DNA of 27,556 bases from contig JAYKGY010000113.1 in NCBI GenBank assembly GCA_035285545.1, positions 1 through 27,556 on the forward strand, given 5' to 3'. The stretch comes from Snowella sp. GTDB taxonomy: Bacteria > Cyanobacteriota > Cyanobacteriia > Cyanobacteriales > Microcystaceae. The notes under the pieces are model-generated. The model ran no database searches. It saw only the letters and a list, made by a program, of their open reading frames with translations, and had not been told where the DNA came from. A program made the translations under genes and the position numbers. Shown piece after piece: positions 8,913 to 18,130 of this stretch; within the stretch, counting starts at the first letter, position 1; every line of letters starts with the position of its first letter.

Positions 8913-9623
8913 CTAAAATTCTCGCACGACAGGTTTTCCATCGACAATTTCACCGACTAACACTAAGTCCGTAACGCCAACAAATAAGCCATTTTCTAAT
9001 ACACCGGGTAAATTATTAATGGTTTTCTCTAATTCTCCAGGATTCGCGATCGCGTCAAACTTAACATCAATCACCAAATTTCCCTGATCGGTGACCACGG
9101 GGCCCGCTTTTTTGACCCCCATGCGTAAGGTCGGTTTGCCGCCTAATTTTTCTAAGGCTCGCATTACGGGCGTAACGGCCATGGGAATGACTTCAACCGG
9201 CAATAAAAACGTAGAGCCTAATTGATCGACTAATTTGCCACTATCGACAACCACAATAAAATAATTGGCTAAAGCATCTACGACTTTCTCACGGGTATGG
9301 GCAGCACCGCCCCCTTTAATTAAATTCTTCTGTGGATCAACCTCATCCGCCCCATCGATCGCAATATCAATACGATCAATGACATCTAAGGTCGTCAAGG
9401 GAATTCCATACTGACGAGCCAAAACTTCCGCTTGAAAAGAAGTCGGAACACCCACAATATTGGTTAGCTCCCCTGTTTGAATCCGTTCTCCAATAAACTG
9501 AAGCGCGAACGCCGTTGTTGATCCCGTACCCAAGCCCACAATGGAATTGGATTGAACCCGATTTGCAGCCGCTCGGCCAACCGCTTGCTTCATCAAAACT
9601 GTGGGATCAAGATTATCCACCAT
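8913..9623 (-). CDS. rpiA: Ribose-5-phosphate isomerase A
   Basis: [26 protein letters not shown] and VVTDQGN motifs. Confidence 0.97.
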   Translation of the reverse strand: MVDNLDPTVLMKQAVGRAAANRVQSNSIVGLGTGSTTAFALQFIGERIQTGELTNIVGVPTSFQAEVLARQYGIPLTTLDVIDRIDIAIDGADEVDPQKNLIKGGGAAHTREKVVDALANYFIVVVDSGKLVDQLGSTFLLPVEVIPMAVTPVMRALEKLGGKPTLRMGVKKAGPVVTDQGNLVIDVKFDAIANPGELEKTINNLPGVLENGLFVGVTDLVLVGEIVDGKPVVREF

Positions 9624-9812
9624 TTACAACTCCTCTCTTTCTCTAGTACCCTAATTATTTAAAAAACCTGTGATTTTTCACACAAAATTATTAAAGACAA
9701 CACAAATTTACCAGACACTTTTTCAGCCTGGTTGCTAATGCAATTTTGAAAGCCTGATGTTGATTCCATCAATGGATAACACGAGGATTTCAATTAATAG
9801 CAAGAAGAGATG

Positions 9813-10304
9813 TTAACTGTTCGCCGCAGCTAACATTTCTTTCAGTTGGGCCAATTTATCTGCCCAGCGGGGATCGGGTTGGAAGCCTTCGGTTGTCGTG
9901 CTGCTGCTACCACCGCTAGATTGATTCCGTCCCCCCCGTTTTTTACTGGATTTTTTGGCTCCACTACTTTTAACGGGAGTAGGCGTTGCACTGGCTTCAT
10001 CCCCATCGGCGATCGCATCGTCCCCTTCTCCGTCTTCTTTACCTTTTCCTTTGGCACGGGGCAAGGCTTTTTCAATTTTTAAAGGACTATCCATAAAGGA
10101 TTGGCCATTATACTTTTCAATAAACTCATCAGCCGCTTCATCAGTCGAAACGGTGACAAAGGCGAATCCTCTGCATTTCCCTGTTTTGCGATCTTTAATC
10201 ACTTTGGTCGAAACAACCGCATTGGCTTCCGCAAAAACTTCTTGTAAAGCTTCTCTTTCAATGGGTTCTTTAGGTAAGTTACCGACGTATAAGCGAATTG
10301 ACAT
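9813..10304 (-). CDS. rbp3: Single-RRM RNA-binding protein, Rbp3/RbpG type
   Basis: RNP2 LYVGNL, RNP1 RGFAFVTV, long C-terminal tail with QPDPRWA. Upstream of rpiA as in Synechocystis. GGAGG RBS upstream. Confidence 0.85.
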   Translation of the reverse strand: MSIRLYVGNLPKEPIEREALQEVFAEANAVVSTKVIKDRKTGKCRGFAFVTVSTDEAADEFIEKYNGQSFMDSPLKIEKALPRAKGKGKEDGEGDDAIADGDEASATPTPVKSSGAKKSSKKRGGRNQSSGGSSSTTTEGFQPDPRWADKLAQLKEMLAAANS

Positions 10305-10853
10305 ATGTTTTAGATGCCTCCAACGTTATTAAAGGTGAGTAAAAACTTTTAAAGGGTCAGCCATAGCTAATATTTTTAGCCATAACAAAAGAAGGGCTAA
10401 GCCAGAAACTCCGACTTGTCGCACTTCCTCATCTTCCCGAAGGTTACGATTCTTAATGATATCGGCTCTTGCCGTCAAAATGGATCTTCCTCTAACAATG
10501 CAAATCAGTAAAAGGTAATTTTAGCTTTGACTTGGATGCGCTATCCTCATGGTCTAAAATCACTCGACCCGTTTGTTGTCTTCTTAAATTATTGCAGATG
10601 GTTTCTCCTATTCGTCAAATATTTGGGGGAATTTTCTGACTTTTTTATAACGGCCTTATAACGGCTAAGTATTATTACTCATCCATTTTGTTCATATTGA
10701 GCATTTTTAACAAAAAAGACTTGCTAAAAAGGAGGCTACGTGCATAGTGATTTGAGGATTATCTCTAAAAGCCGACAAAAACTTAAACCCAGGAACTTTA
10801 GGAATCCCTCAAAAGTCTGTACGCACACAGTACCCCATCTGTCAAATCTTCGT

Positions 10854-10859
10854 TATAAT
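10854..10859 (+). promoter_or_regulatory. Candidate -10 element for nblA1-nblA2
   Basis: Perfect TATAAT about 30 nt upstream of the nblA1 ATG. GGGAGG RBS at 10876..10881. Confidence 0.5.
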
Positions 10860-10888
10860 GCTTAACAATTAGTCAGGGAGGATAGCGA

Positions 10889-11077
10889 ATGGAACCAACT
10901 TCATTTGATTTGACCTTAGAGCAGCAATTTGAGATTCGACAAATGCGGGATGCCGCTACCAAGATGAGTCGAGAGCAAGCCCTTGATTTGCTGTTGCAAG
11001 CATCTCGTTTGTTAATGATTAAAACCAATGTCATGCGCGACTTGATGGCGCAATCCCCATTAGAACCCTTAGGTTAA
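10889..11077 (+). CDS. nblA1: Phycobilisome degradation adaptor NblA1
   Basis: LTLEQQFE...SREQA..LL....RLLMIKTNV.RDL NblA pattern, strong RBS. Confidence 0.93.
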   Translation: MEPTSFDLTLEQQFEIRQMRDAATKMSREQALDLLLQASRLLMIKTNVMRDLMAQSPLEPLG

Positions 11078-11091
11078 GGAGAAAATAAACT

Positions 11092-11271
11092 ATGATCAAT
11101 ACCAATGCCTTTGAATTGTCTTTAGAGCAACAGTTCCAACTCCAATGTTTACAACAAGAGTTCCATTTATTAGACCGAGATGCGGTGATTAGCCATTTAT
11201 TGGATGCGATGGAACAATTGATGGTACGGGATAATTTAATTCGCGATCTCGTGAAAAAATCCCCCCTTTAA
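11092..11271 (+). CDS. nblA2: Phycobilisome degradation adaptor NblA2 (59 aa, absent from ORF track)
   Basis: Hand translation MINTNAFELSLEQQFQLQCLQQEFHLLDRDAVISHLLDAMEQLMVRDNLIRDLVKKSPL*. AGGAG RBS at the nblA1 stop. NblA motifs LSLEQQF and MVRDNLIRDL. Confidence 0.92.
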   Translation: MINTNAFELSLEQQFQLQCLQQEFHLLDRDAVISHLLDAMEQLMVRDNLIRDLVKKSPL

Positions 11272-11447
11272 TGAATTTAAAAGAAAGTGGTGTATCTCCA
11301 TCTCTTGTCGCGCTTCAGCATCTATAGCAGTGGCCACAGAGAGGAAGAGAGACTGGGGGTGTCGGGATATAACGATTTCTTTTAGGTTTATCTCACAGTC
11401 GCTTTTTATAATAAAAAAAGAAGCATTATTGTGAGTTGTTTAAATTT

Positions 11448-12323
11448 ATGTTTCAGCATGGTCTGGTTTGTACGGATTTTAATGACGGATTACAACGTTT
11501 AATTCGGTTTATTCCTGATTTAGCCAAAGGCGGATTCAAGCGGATCGTTTTTTTACACACGGTCTCGGTTTGGGAGGATGAAAGAGTTGCCAGTGTTGAT
11601 GAAAAGAGAATTACAGCGGCCCAGCAATATTTTGACTCTATTACGGAAGGTTTTCCAGAAGGCGTTGAAGTTAAGGTAGAAATCACAACGTCTCGTTATT
11701 TAGATAAGATTTTAGAGTTAATTAAAACCTATGATATTGATGTTATTTTCATGGGAACGCCTGTTCGTAGTAGTTTAGAGGCGACGTTTTTGGGGAGTCA
11801 TACCTTGGAATTGGCGAAGGCAACGGCTATTCCCTTAATGATTTTACGTCCCCAATTAATTTCGACTTATACCCAGGAAGAATTATCTTTGCGCTGTCAG
11901 CATCTCTGGCGTTATTTGCTGGTTCCCTATGAAGATAGTCCTGCGGGGAATTATTTAATTACAAAGCTGAAGGAATATGCCCAAAATCGGCCAGAAGGTT
12001 CGTGGCAAGAGTGTTTGTTATTATGGGTTGTGGATGATGGGGGACGACAGGTAGAGGTTACTCAATATCGGCTAGAAGCAGCACGCCAAAAGTTAGAAGC
12101 AGTTAAGCAGGATCTAGAATCCCTTAATTTAACAGTTCACATAACGGTTCGTCAGGGGAATCCTGTTCATGAGATGCTACGGGTTGCTCAGGAATATGAT
12201 GTGGCGGCGATCGCGATCGCGAACTATCGAGGAAATTTCTTAGATTGGATGATCGAAAGTACGGCAGAAACCCTATTAACGAAATGTTGGTTCCCGATTT
12301 TATTCTGTTCTCCTGAATCCTAG
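11448..12323 (+). CDS. Universal stress protein (tandem Usp domains)
   Basis: LVCTDF, FLGSHT..LAK...IPLMILRP, and second domain LLVPYEDS...QGNP. ATG at 11448 preferred over TTG at 11436. Confidence 0.85.
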   Translation: MFQHGLVCTDFNDGLQRLIRFIPDLAKGGFKRIVFLHTVSVWEDERVASVDEKRITAAQQYFDSITEGFPEGVEVKVEITTSRYLDKILELIKTYDIDVIFMGTPVRSSLEATFLGSHTLELAKATAIPLMILRPQLISTYTQEELSLRCQHLWRYLLVPYEDSPAGNYLITKLKEYAQNRPEGSWQECLLLWVVDDGGRQVEVTQYRLEAARQKLEAVKQDLESLNLTVHITVRQGNPVHEMLRVAQEYDVAAIAIANYRGNFLDWMIESTAETLLTKCWFPILFCSPES

Positions 12324-12422
12324 ATTTTTAAAAATCTTTTCAATACGACTCCATTCCCAATTGCTTATTCGGAATGGTTTTGTTGATTGATTTGGGCTTA
12401 TGCCTAAAAATTTCAGCAAGTT

Positions 12423-12716
12423 TCATTGCCAGGTGGCAACAGAGCGAAAAACATCCGGTATGACCGTTTCTGTGGGAAACTCTAATAGGGTTTCTGATAG
12501 TCCTAAATAGCCCGATTGGGTAAAAAAGAGTAGCATACGGGCCAGAGCCACCCACACCTCAGCGTCAAATTCCCAATCACTTCCCGATTTGGCATAACAG
12601 GCGATCGCCTTTAGGGCCCAAAAATAATTATTACGGACTAAGGAACCGCCTTTTTTATAGGTCGGTAAATCTTCGGCATGAATCACTAAAATTTCGTCTT
12701 TTAAAAAGCTTTTCAT
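12423..12716 (-). CDS. Hypothetical protein, likely conserved in cyanobacteria (97 aa)
   Basis: ATG start, globular-protein-like composition (YKKGGSLVRNNYFWALKAIA...WEFDAEVWVALARML), fills an otherwise empty interval. Confidence 0.7.
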   Translation of the reverse strand: MKSFLKDEILVIHAEDLPTYKKGGSLVRNNYFWALKAIACYAKSGSDWEFDAEVWVALARMLLFFTQSGYLGLSETLLEFPTETVIPDVFRSVATWQ

Positions 12717-12979
12717 GGATTTAGATCGTTCAATGGCGCAATGAGCCTTGAGGATGAGCGATGGGGGACATTAACCTCCTTTTTTTGACTGACTGGGATA
12801 GCTACTCGGTTGGGCTTGTTGCTTAAGAAAGGGCTTTTCTTCACGATTGAGTGCGATCTTGAGTCATTCATTACCCAAACTCCCGCAATTTGCTCCAAAG
12901 GTTTCCTCTATCGCTAGAATGGGATTATCTGTCTTTTATTTAAACTTTTATTATTATTTTAAGTAAACTGCCTCACTTT

Positions 12980-13168
12980 ATGAATAATATCAAAGAGAAA
13001 ATCCAGTCTATTTTGAACCAACTGCCAGATGATTGTTCAATTGAAGATATCCAATACCATCTTTACGTCTTAGAGAAAGTCCGCTTAGGCTTACATAGTG
13101 CAGATACGAATACGACCCTGAAGCAAAACGAAGTCGAGGGGATATTAACTAAATGGCTTATCGAGTAA
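12980..13168 (+). CDS. Putative type II antitoxin
   Basis: 62 aa with LPDDCSIEDIQYHLYVLEKV pattern. Overlaps the downstream ParE/RelE-type gene by 16 nt. Confidence 0.75.
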   Translation: MNNIKEKIQSILNQLPDDCSIEDIQYHLYVLEKVRLGLHSADTNTTLKQNEVEGILTKWLIE

Positions 13169-13446
13169 TTTGGTCTCCTAAAGCAGTTGAAGATGGGGAT
13201 GTGATCGCGGGCTATATTGGTCGTGATTCTTCTTCCTATGCTGCTGCCGTTGTCCGCAAAATCATAGATATTACCCACGCACTGGATGAGTCTCCCCTAT
13301 CAGGCGCGATCGCGACAGAATTTAATGATCCGATGATTCGGGAAAAGTCGGCCTACACCTACCGCATTATCTACCGCGTCAAGGAAGAGACGGTTACCAT
13401 TGCGGCCATTATTCATGCCAAACGCCTATTAAGTATTAATGAATAA
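13153..13446 (+). CDS. Type II toxin, RelE/ParE family
   Basis: YRVIWSPKAVED...I..YI..DS, IRE....YRIIYRV, I.AIIH.KR pattern. Confidence 0.85.
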   Translation: MAYRVIWSPKAVEDGDVIAGYIGRDSSSYAAAVVRKIIDITHALDESPLSGAIATEFNDPMIREKSAYTYRIIYRVKEETVTIAAIIHAKRLLSINE

Positions 13447-13486
13447 TTATTAATTGATAATTGATAAATTTTTTCTTCCTGATAGC

Positions 13487-16400
13487 ATGACCCACTGCGA
13501 TCGCGACCCCTCAGAAATTGAACAACTCAAGGCTGAACTAGCAGGCTTGAAAGAGAGACTACATAACCAAGAACAACGTTGGGAATTGGTACTCCAGGGA
13601 ACCAATGAGGGAATCTGGGATTGGAATATTCTCACAGGGGATTTTTTTGTGTCACCCCGTTGGCAAGCAATGTTGGGTTACGGAGAAAATGATCTCCCGA
13701 ATCGGATTGAAGCCTGGGCAGATTTACTCCATCCAGAGGATCGAGACCGTACAACCCAAGTTGCGTCTGATTATCTCAATCAAAAAATTCCCAACTATGC
13801 GGTCGAATGTCGTTTAAAACGCAAGGATGGACAGTATCAGTGGATTTTGTCGCGGGGGCATGTTCTACGGGATAAAGAGGGGAATCCCATTCGGATGGCA
13901 GGCTCTAATACCGATATTAATCGACGAAAGCAAACCGAAGCCGCCCTGAATTCAGAACAGCAATTACTCCGCTCTTTTATCGATGCCATTCCTGACCCGA
14001 TTTTTTTCAAGGATGCCCAGGGCGTTTATCGATTGTGTAACGAAGCCCATCAAATATTAGTCGGGAAAAGCTTAGAAGAAATTGTCGGTAATACAGATGA
14101 GGCTCTGTTTTCTGCTAAAGTCGCTAATTTCTTTCAAGAAAATGATCGGGCTGCTTTTGAGCATCAAACATCCGTGCGAACAGAGGAATGGTTAACCTTT
14201 GGCCATCAGGAACCCCGCTTTTTAGAAACGGTCAAAACGCCGGTTTTTACGGATCAAGGACAATTACGAGGAATTATTGGCATTAGTCGGGATATTACTG
14301 AACGTCATCGACAAGCAGAGCGCGAACGCTTATTAAGCCGTATTGCCCGTGAACTGATTGAACAAGATTTACCGACCGCCATTCCTTTTATTCTGGAAAC
14401 CTTGGCCCAATCGATTTCGTGCGATCGCTGTTATATCATTCAATATTCCGATTGCCAGCAATATTTTAGTATGCCCTATGAATGGTGTAAGGACAGTATT
14501 GCCCCGATTAGCCACCAATATCAACAAACGCCAGTAAGCAATTTTCCCTGGGTGTCTCAACAATTAGAAACAGGACAACCGCTTCATCTACCGGAAGTGG
14601 AGCAAATGCCCCTAGAAGCCGAAATAGAGCGTCAATACCTCCTGGTAGATGGAATTAAGTCTCTTTTGCTGGTTCCCATGATGAATACGGCTAAAATTGT
14701 GGGATATATTGGCTTAAATCGGATATCTCGGAGCGAAAAATGGCTTGACGAAGATGTTAACCTATTGATGCTCGTCGGTAAATTTTTGGCGATCGCCCAG
14801 GCCAGACATGATGCGGAATTAGCCTCCCAGGAAGCTCAAGCTCGTTTTTTTGGAATCTTAGAAAATGCCAATGAAGCCATCTTGACCGTTGATGAAGAAC
14901 ACCGTATTCAATTGTTTAATCATGCGGCCGAACGAATTTTTGGCTATGGTGACAAAGAAATTATTGGGCAACCCTTTAAAATTTTGTTAGCCAACCCCCA
15001 AGCCGACTTTAGTGAAGAAGAAAATTTACTGGCAAATCCTGTCCAAGCCCGTTGCCGCGATGGGAGCGAATTTTTAGCCGAAATTTCAGTCTCAGAATTC
15101 CAGATCACGGGAAAACGCCTCTTTACTGCCATCGTTCGCAATATTACCCAGCAAAAACAAGCAGAAGCGGCCCTCAAGCAAGCCAAAGAGACTGCCGATG
15201 CAGCTAATCGGGCCAAGAGTGAATTTTTAGCCAATATGAGCCATGAATTACGCACACCCCTCAATGCCATCATTGGTTTTAGTCAAGTTCTCAATCGCGA
15301 TCCCTCTTTGATCCAACACAAACAAACTCTCGATATTATTAATCGCAGTGGTGAGCATTTATTAGAGTTAATCAACGACATTTTAGAGATGTCCAAAATT
15401 GAAGCGGGGAGAGCGGCTTTAAACGAGACAACGTTAGATTTTTATCGTCTCTTAGATAATTTAGAAGCAATGCTACGTCTGAAAGCTTCTGCCAAGAATT
15501 TACAATTAATTTTTGATCGAACCAGCGATGTTCCCCCCTATCTCAAGGCGGATGAGGGCAAACTCCGACAAGTTCTGATTAATCTCCTGAGTAACGCCAT
15601 TAAATTTACTGACCAAGGCGGAGTTATCCTGCGAGTGCGGGCCCACACAACGGATGCCCTTTACCTCAACTTTGAAGTCGAAGATACGGGGGTTGGCATT
15701 AACCCCCAAGAATTGGATCAACTCTTTCTTGCCTTTGGGCAAACGGAAGCCGGACGCAATTCTCAGCAGGGAACCGGTTTAGGTTTGGCCATTAGTCAAA
15801 AATTTGTCCAACTGATGGGAGGAGAAATTCGGGTTAAAAGTGTTCTAGGCCAAGGTAGTGTGTTTAGCTTTGAGATTCCCATAAGTGTGGCTGACCCAAC
15901 GATGATTCCAGCCCCCTATCCCATCGCCCAAGTGGTTGGTTTAGAACCGAATCAACCCACCTATCGCATTTTAGCGGTCGATGATCGCACAGAAAGCCGT
16001 TTACTTTTAGTCAAGTTACTGGGGGAAATTGGCTTTGAAGTTCGAGAAGCAACCAATGGCAAAGAAGCGATCGCTGTGTGGGAAGACTGGCAACCCCATT
16101 TGATCTGGATGGATATGCGAATGCCGGTGATGGACGGTTACGAAGCAACACGGCAAATTAAAGCGACGCTCCAAGGCCAAGCCACCGTGATCATTGCCCT
16201 AACCGCCAGTGCTTTTGAAGAGGATCGCCATTTAGTGCTGTCCGCCGGCTGTGATGATTTTTTACGAAAACCCTTTCGAGCAGAAACGCTCTGGGAAAAG
16301 ATGGGGCATCATTTAGGGGTGCGGTATTGCTACGAAGTCACCGGAGCCGAAATCTTTGAACCGCTTGTCCCAGAAGGTCATCGGGATTTAATTCGCCAAC

Positions 16401-16585
16401 AATTACGGCAGGTTCCTCAACCTTGGCTCAATCAATTAAAACAAATGGCCCTAGAGTGTAGCGATGAAGGCGTATTAAATCTGTTGGAGCTTTTACCCCC
16501 CGAACAATACACCCTCGCGATCGCTTTACAAAACTGGGCCGATCACTTTCAATTTGATCAGATTTTAACCTTTATTGAACCATAA
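13487..16585 (+). CDS. Soluble hybrid sensor histidine kinase (PAS-PAS-GAF-PAS-HisKA-HATPase-REC)
   Basis: [27 protein letters not shown]...YEWC GAF, H-box [38 protein letters not shown] 13487 chosen; the ORF is open from TTG 13454. Confidence 0.93.
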   Translation: MTHCDRDPSEIEQLKAELAGLKERLHNQEQRWELVLQGTNEGIWDWNILTGDFFVSPRWQAMLGYGENDLPNRIEAWADLLHPEDRDRTTQVASDYLNQKIPNYAVECRLKRKDGQYQWILSRGHVLRDKEGNPIRMAGSNTDINRRKQTEAALNSEQQLLRSFIDAIPDPIFFKDAQGVYRLCNEAHQILVGKSLEEIVGNTDEALFSAKVANFFQENDRAAFEHQTSVRTEEWLTFGHQEPRFLETVKTPVFTDQGQLRGIIGISRDITERHRQAERERLLSRIARELIEQDLPTAIPFILETLAQSISCDRCYIIQYSDCQQYFSMPYEWCKDSIAPISHQYQQTPVSNFPWVSQQLETGQPLHLPEVEQMPLEAEIERQYLLVDGIKSLLLVPMMNTAKIVGYIGLNRISRSEKWLDEDVNLLMLVGKFLAIAQARHDAELASQEAQARFFGILENANEAILTVDEEHRIQLFNHAAERIFGYGDKEIIGQPFKILLANPQADFSEEENLLANPVQARCRDGSEFLAEISVSEFQITGKRLFTAIVRNITQQKQAEAALKQAKETADAANRAKSEFLANMSHELRTPLNAIIGFSQVLNRDPSLIQHKQTLDIINRSGEHLLELINDILEMSKIEAGRAALNETTLDFYRLLDNLEAMLRLKASAKNLQLIFDRTSDVPPYLKADEGKLRQVLINLLSNAIKFTDQGGVILRVRAHTTDALYLNFEVEDTGVGINPQELDQLFLAFGQTEAGRNSQQGTGLGLAISQKFVQLMGGEIRVKSVLGQGSVFSFEIPISVADPTMIPAPYPIAQVVGLEPNQPTYRILAVDDRTESRLLLVKLLGEIGFEVREATNGKEAIAVWEDWQPHLIWMDMRMPVMDGYEATRQIKATLQGQATVIIALTASAFEEDRHLVLSAGCDDFLRKPFRAETLWEKMGHHLGVRYCYEVTGAEIFEPLVPEGHRDLIRQQLRQVPQPWLNQLKQMALECSDEGVLNLLELLPPEQYTLAIALQNWADHFQFDQILTFIEP

Positions 16586-16701
16586 AATTCATAAGTTAAA
16601 AAATAGGCTGTTGACCGTTTTAATTTATAATTTGTAAGCAAGGTAACGGTATTAAAGGGCAAGGTTTAATACTCTAAACTTAATTTAAGCCTTTTCGATT
16701 T

Positions 16702-16846
16702 ATAAGTAGGGCAACCCAATAAAACGTCAAAAAGATTTAACAGTGTTAAATTCCTACGAAAAAATTCATGTAGGGGCATAATACTATTATGTCCTTAGAC
16801 TTAGGCGTAAAATTTATTGTTATTTTAATTAAGTTGACTTACTTAT
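16702..16846. mobile_element. MITE-like ~145 bp element with imperfect terminal inverted repeats and an internal GTAG hairpin
   Basis: Left end ATAAGTAGGGCAACCCAATAAAA versus reverse complement of right end ATAAGTAAGTCAACTTAATTAAAA. Internal GTAGGGGCATAATACTATTATGTCCTTA hairpin at 16770..16797. Partial second copy at 123..162. Confidence 0.65.
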
Positions 16847-16959
16847 CATTGACAAAAGTAATTTTCAATTAAGCCAGAATCTATCGTAAACAATCTGACG
16901 ACTTAGCCGCTTTAATTAATATTTTTCAAAATCTTAGGTGCTTGATTCATAGCAAGAAC

Positions 16960-18078
16960 ATGATGGCAGAAAAAGGTGATCTTTTAGTTGTAGATGATAC
17001 ATTAGATAATCTACGGCTTTTATCTGCAATGCTGTCAAAGCAAGGCTATCGAGTCCGCAAAGCCATTAATGGAACCATTGCCCTAAATACGATTCAACAA
17101 ATGCCGCCGGATTTGGTGTTATTGGATATTAACATGCCCGACCTCAATGGCTATGAAGTCTGTCAAATCTTAAAAACCGATCCGCTAACCCAGGAAATTC
17201 CCATTATTTTTATCAGTGCCTTAGATGATGTCCTAGATAAAGTGAAAGCCTTTCAAGTGGGGGGGAGTGATTATATTACCAAGCCTTTTCAATCGGAAGA
17301 GTTACTGGCTCGAATTCAACACCAATTAACCATTCAGCAACAAAAACGACAACTGCAAATTGAAATTCAAGAACGCAAAAAAACAGAGCAAGCCCTCCAG
17401 GTGTATCTCCATGTCGTTTCCCACGATTTACGGAATCCGGTCTTAGGAATGTCCTTGATTTTAAAAAATGTGTTGAAAGCCGAGGACACCCCAACCGATC
17501 CGATTCTCTTGGCACGCGCTATTGTGGAACGCATGGCCCAAAGCTGCGATCGCCAATTAGATTTAATTAACTCGTTGGTGGAAACCCAGCAGTTTGAAAC
17601 AGGAAAAGTAGTACTTAATCTGCAAAATCTCTCTTTAGCGAGCTTAATTCAACAATTTGCCGCAGAATGGCAACCAATATTAACCCAGCATCAAGCGATT
17701 CTCACCCTTGCTGTCCCCCCCGATTTACCCTTGGTGCAAGCTGATAATAATTTACTCTGGCGTGTTTTGGAAAATTTACTTGCGAACGCCCTGAAATATA
17801 ATGCGGCTAACTTAGCAATCACCCTTAAAGCCGAACAACAAGCCGATAGGGTTTATTGCGCGCTCCAAGATAATGGCATCGGTATTGCCCCAGAGCAAGC
17901 GGATCGGTTGTTTGACCGCTATCAACGGGGAACCCATCCCCACCGAACCCTGGGATTAGGATTAGGACTCTATCTCTGTCGTCAAATTATTGAAGCCCAC
18001 GGCGGAACCATTGGCGCGATCGCCTTAGAACCAGGAGTAGAATTTTGGTTTACCCTACCGGTTGGGATGACGAATTAG
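16960..18078 (+). CDS. Hybrid REC-histidine kinase (REC-HisKA-HATPase)
   Basis: LLVVDD, LLDINMP, DYITKPF; H-box VSHDLRNP; NLLANALKY, DNGIGI, GLGLGL. ATG 16960 or 16963 preferred to TTG 16942. Confidence 0.92.
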   Translation: MMAEKGDLLVVDDTLDNLRLLSAMLSKQGYRVRKAINGTIALNTIQQMPPDLVLLDINMPDLNGYEVCQILKTDPLTQEIPIIFISALDDVLDKVKAFQVGGSDYITKPFQSEELLARIQHQLTIQQQKRQLQIEIQERKKTEQALQVYLHVVSHDLRNPVLGMSLILKNVLKAEDTPTDPILLARAIVERMAQSCDRQLDLINSLVETQQFETGKVVLNLQNLSLASLIQQFAAEWQPILTQHQAILTLAVPPDLPLVQADNNLLWRVLENLLANALKYNAANLAITLKAEQQADRVYCALQDNGIGIAPEQADRLFDRYQRGTHPHRTLGLGLGLYLCRQIIEAHGGTIGAIALEPGVEFWFTLPVGMTN

Positions 18079-18130
18079 GCCGTTTATCACCTCACAATCT
18101 TGATGTACTGATAGCGACAAGGGGGGAATA

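Noticed and set aside
9955..10332. Antisense and alternate-frame ORFs (also 14944..15273, 19399..19743, 20716..21057, 23494..23898 and others)
   Set aside because: They are shadows of well-supported genes.
11321..11410. TATAGCAGT... possible MITE end after nblA2
   Set aside because: No matching inverted end or second copy found in the window.
12713..12898. 61-aa ORF with an ATGA overlap to the 97-aa gene
   Set aside because: Any ATG-A start creates this TGA. TTG start and no protein-like signal.
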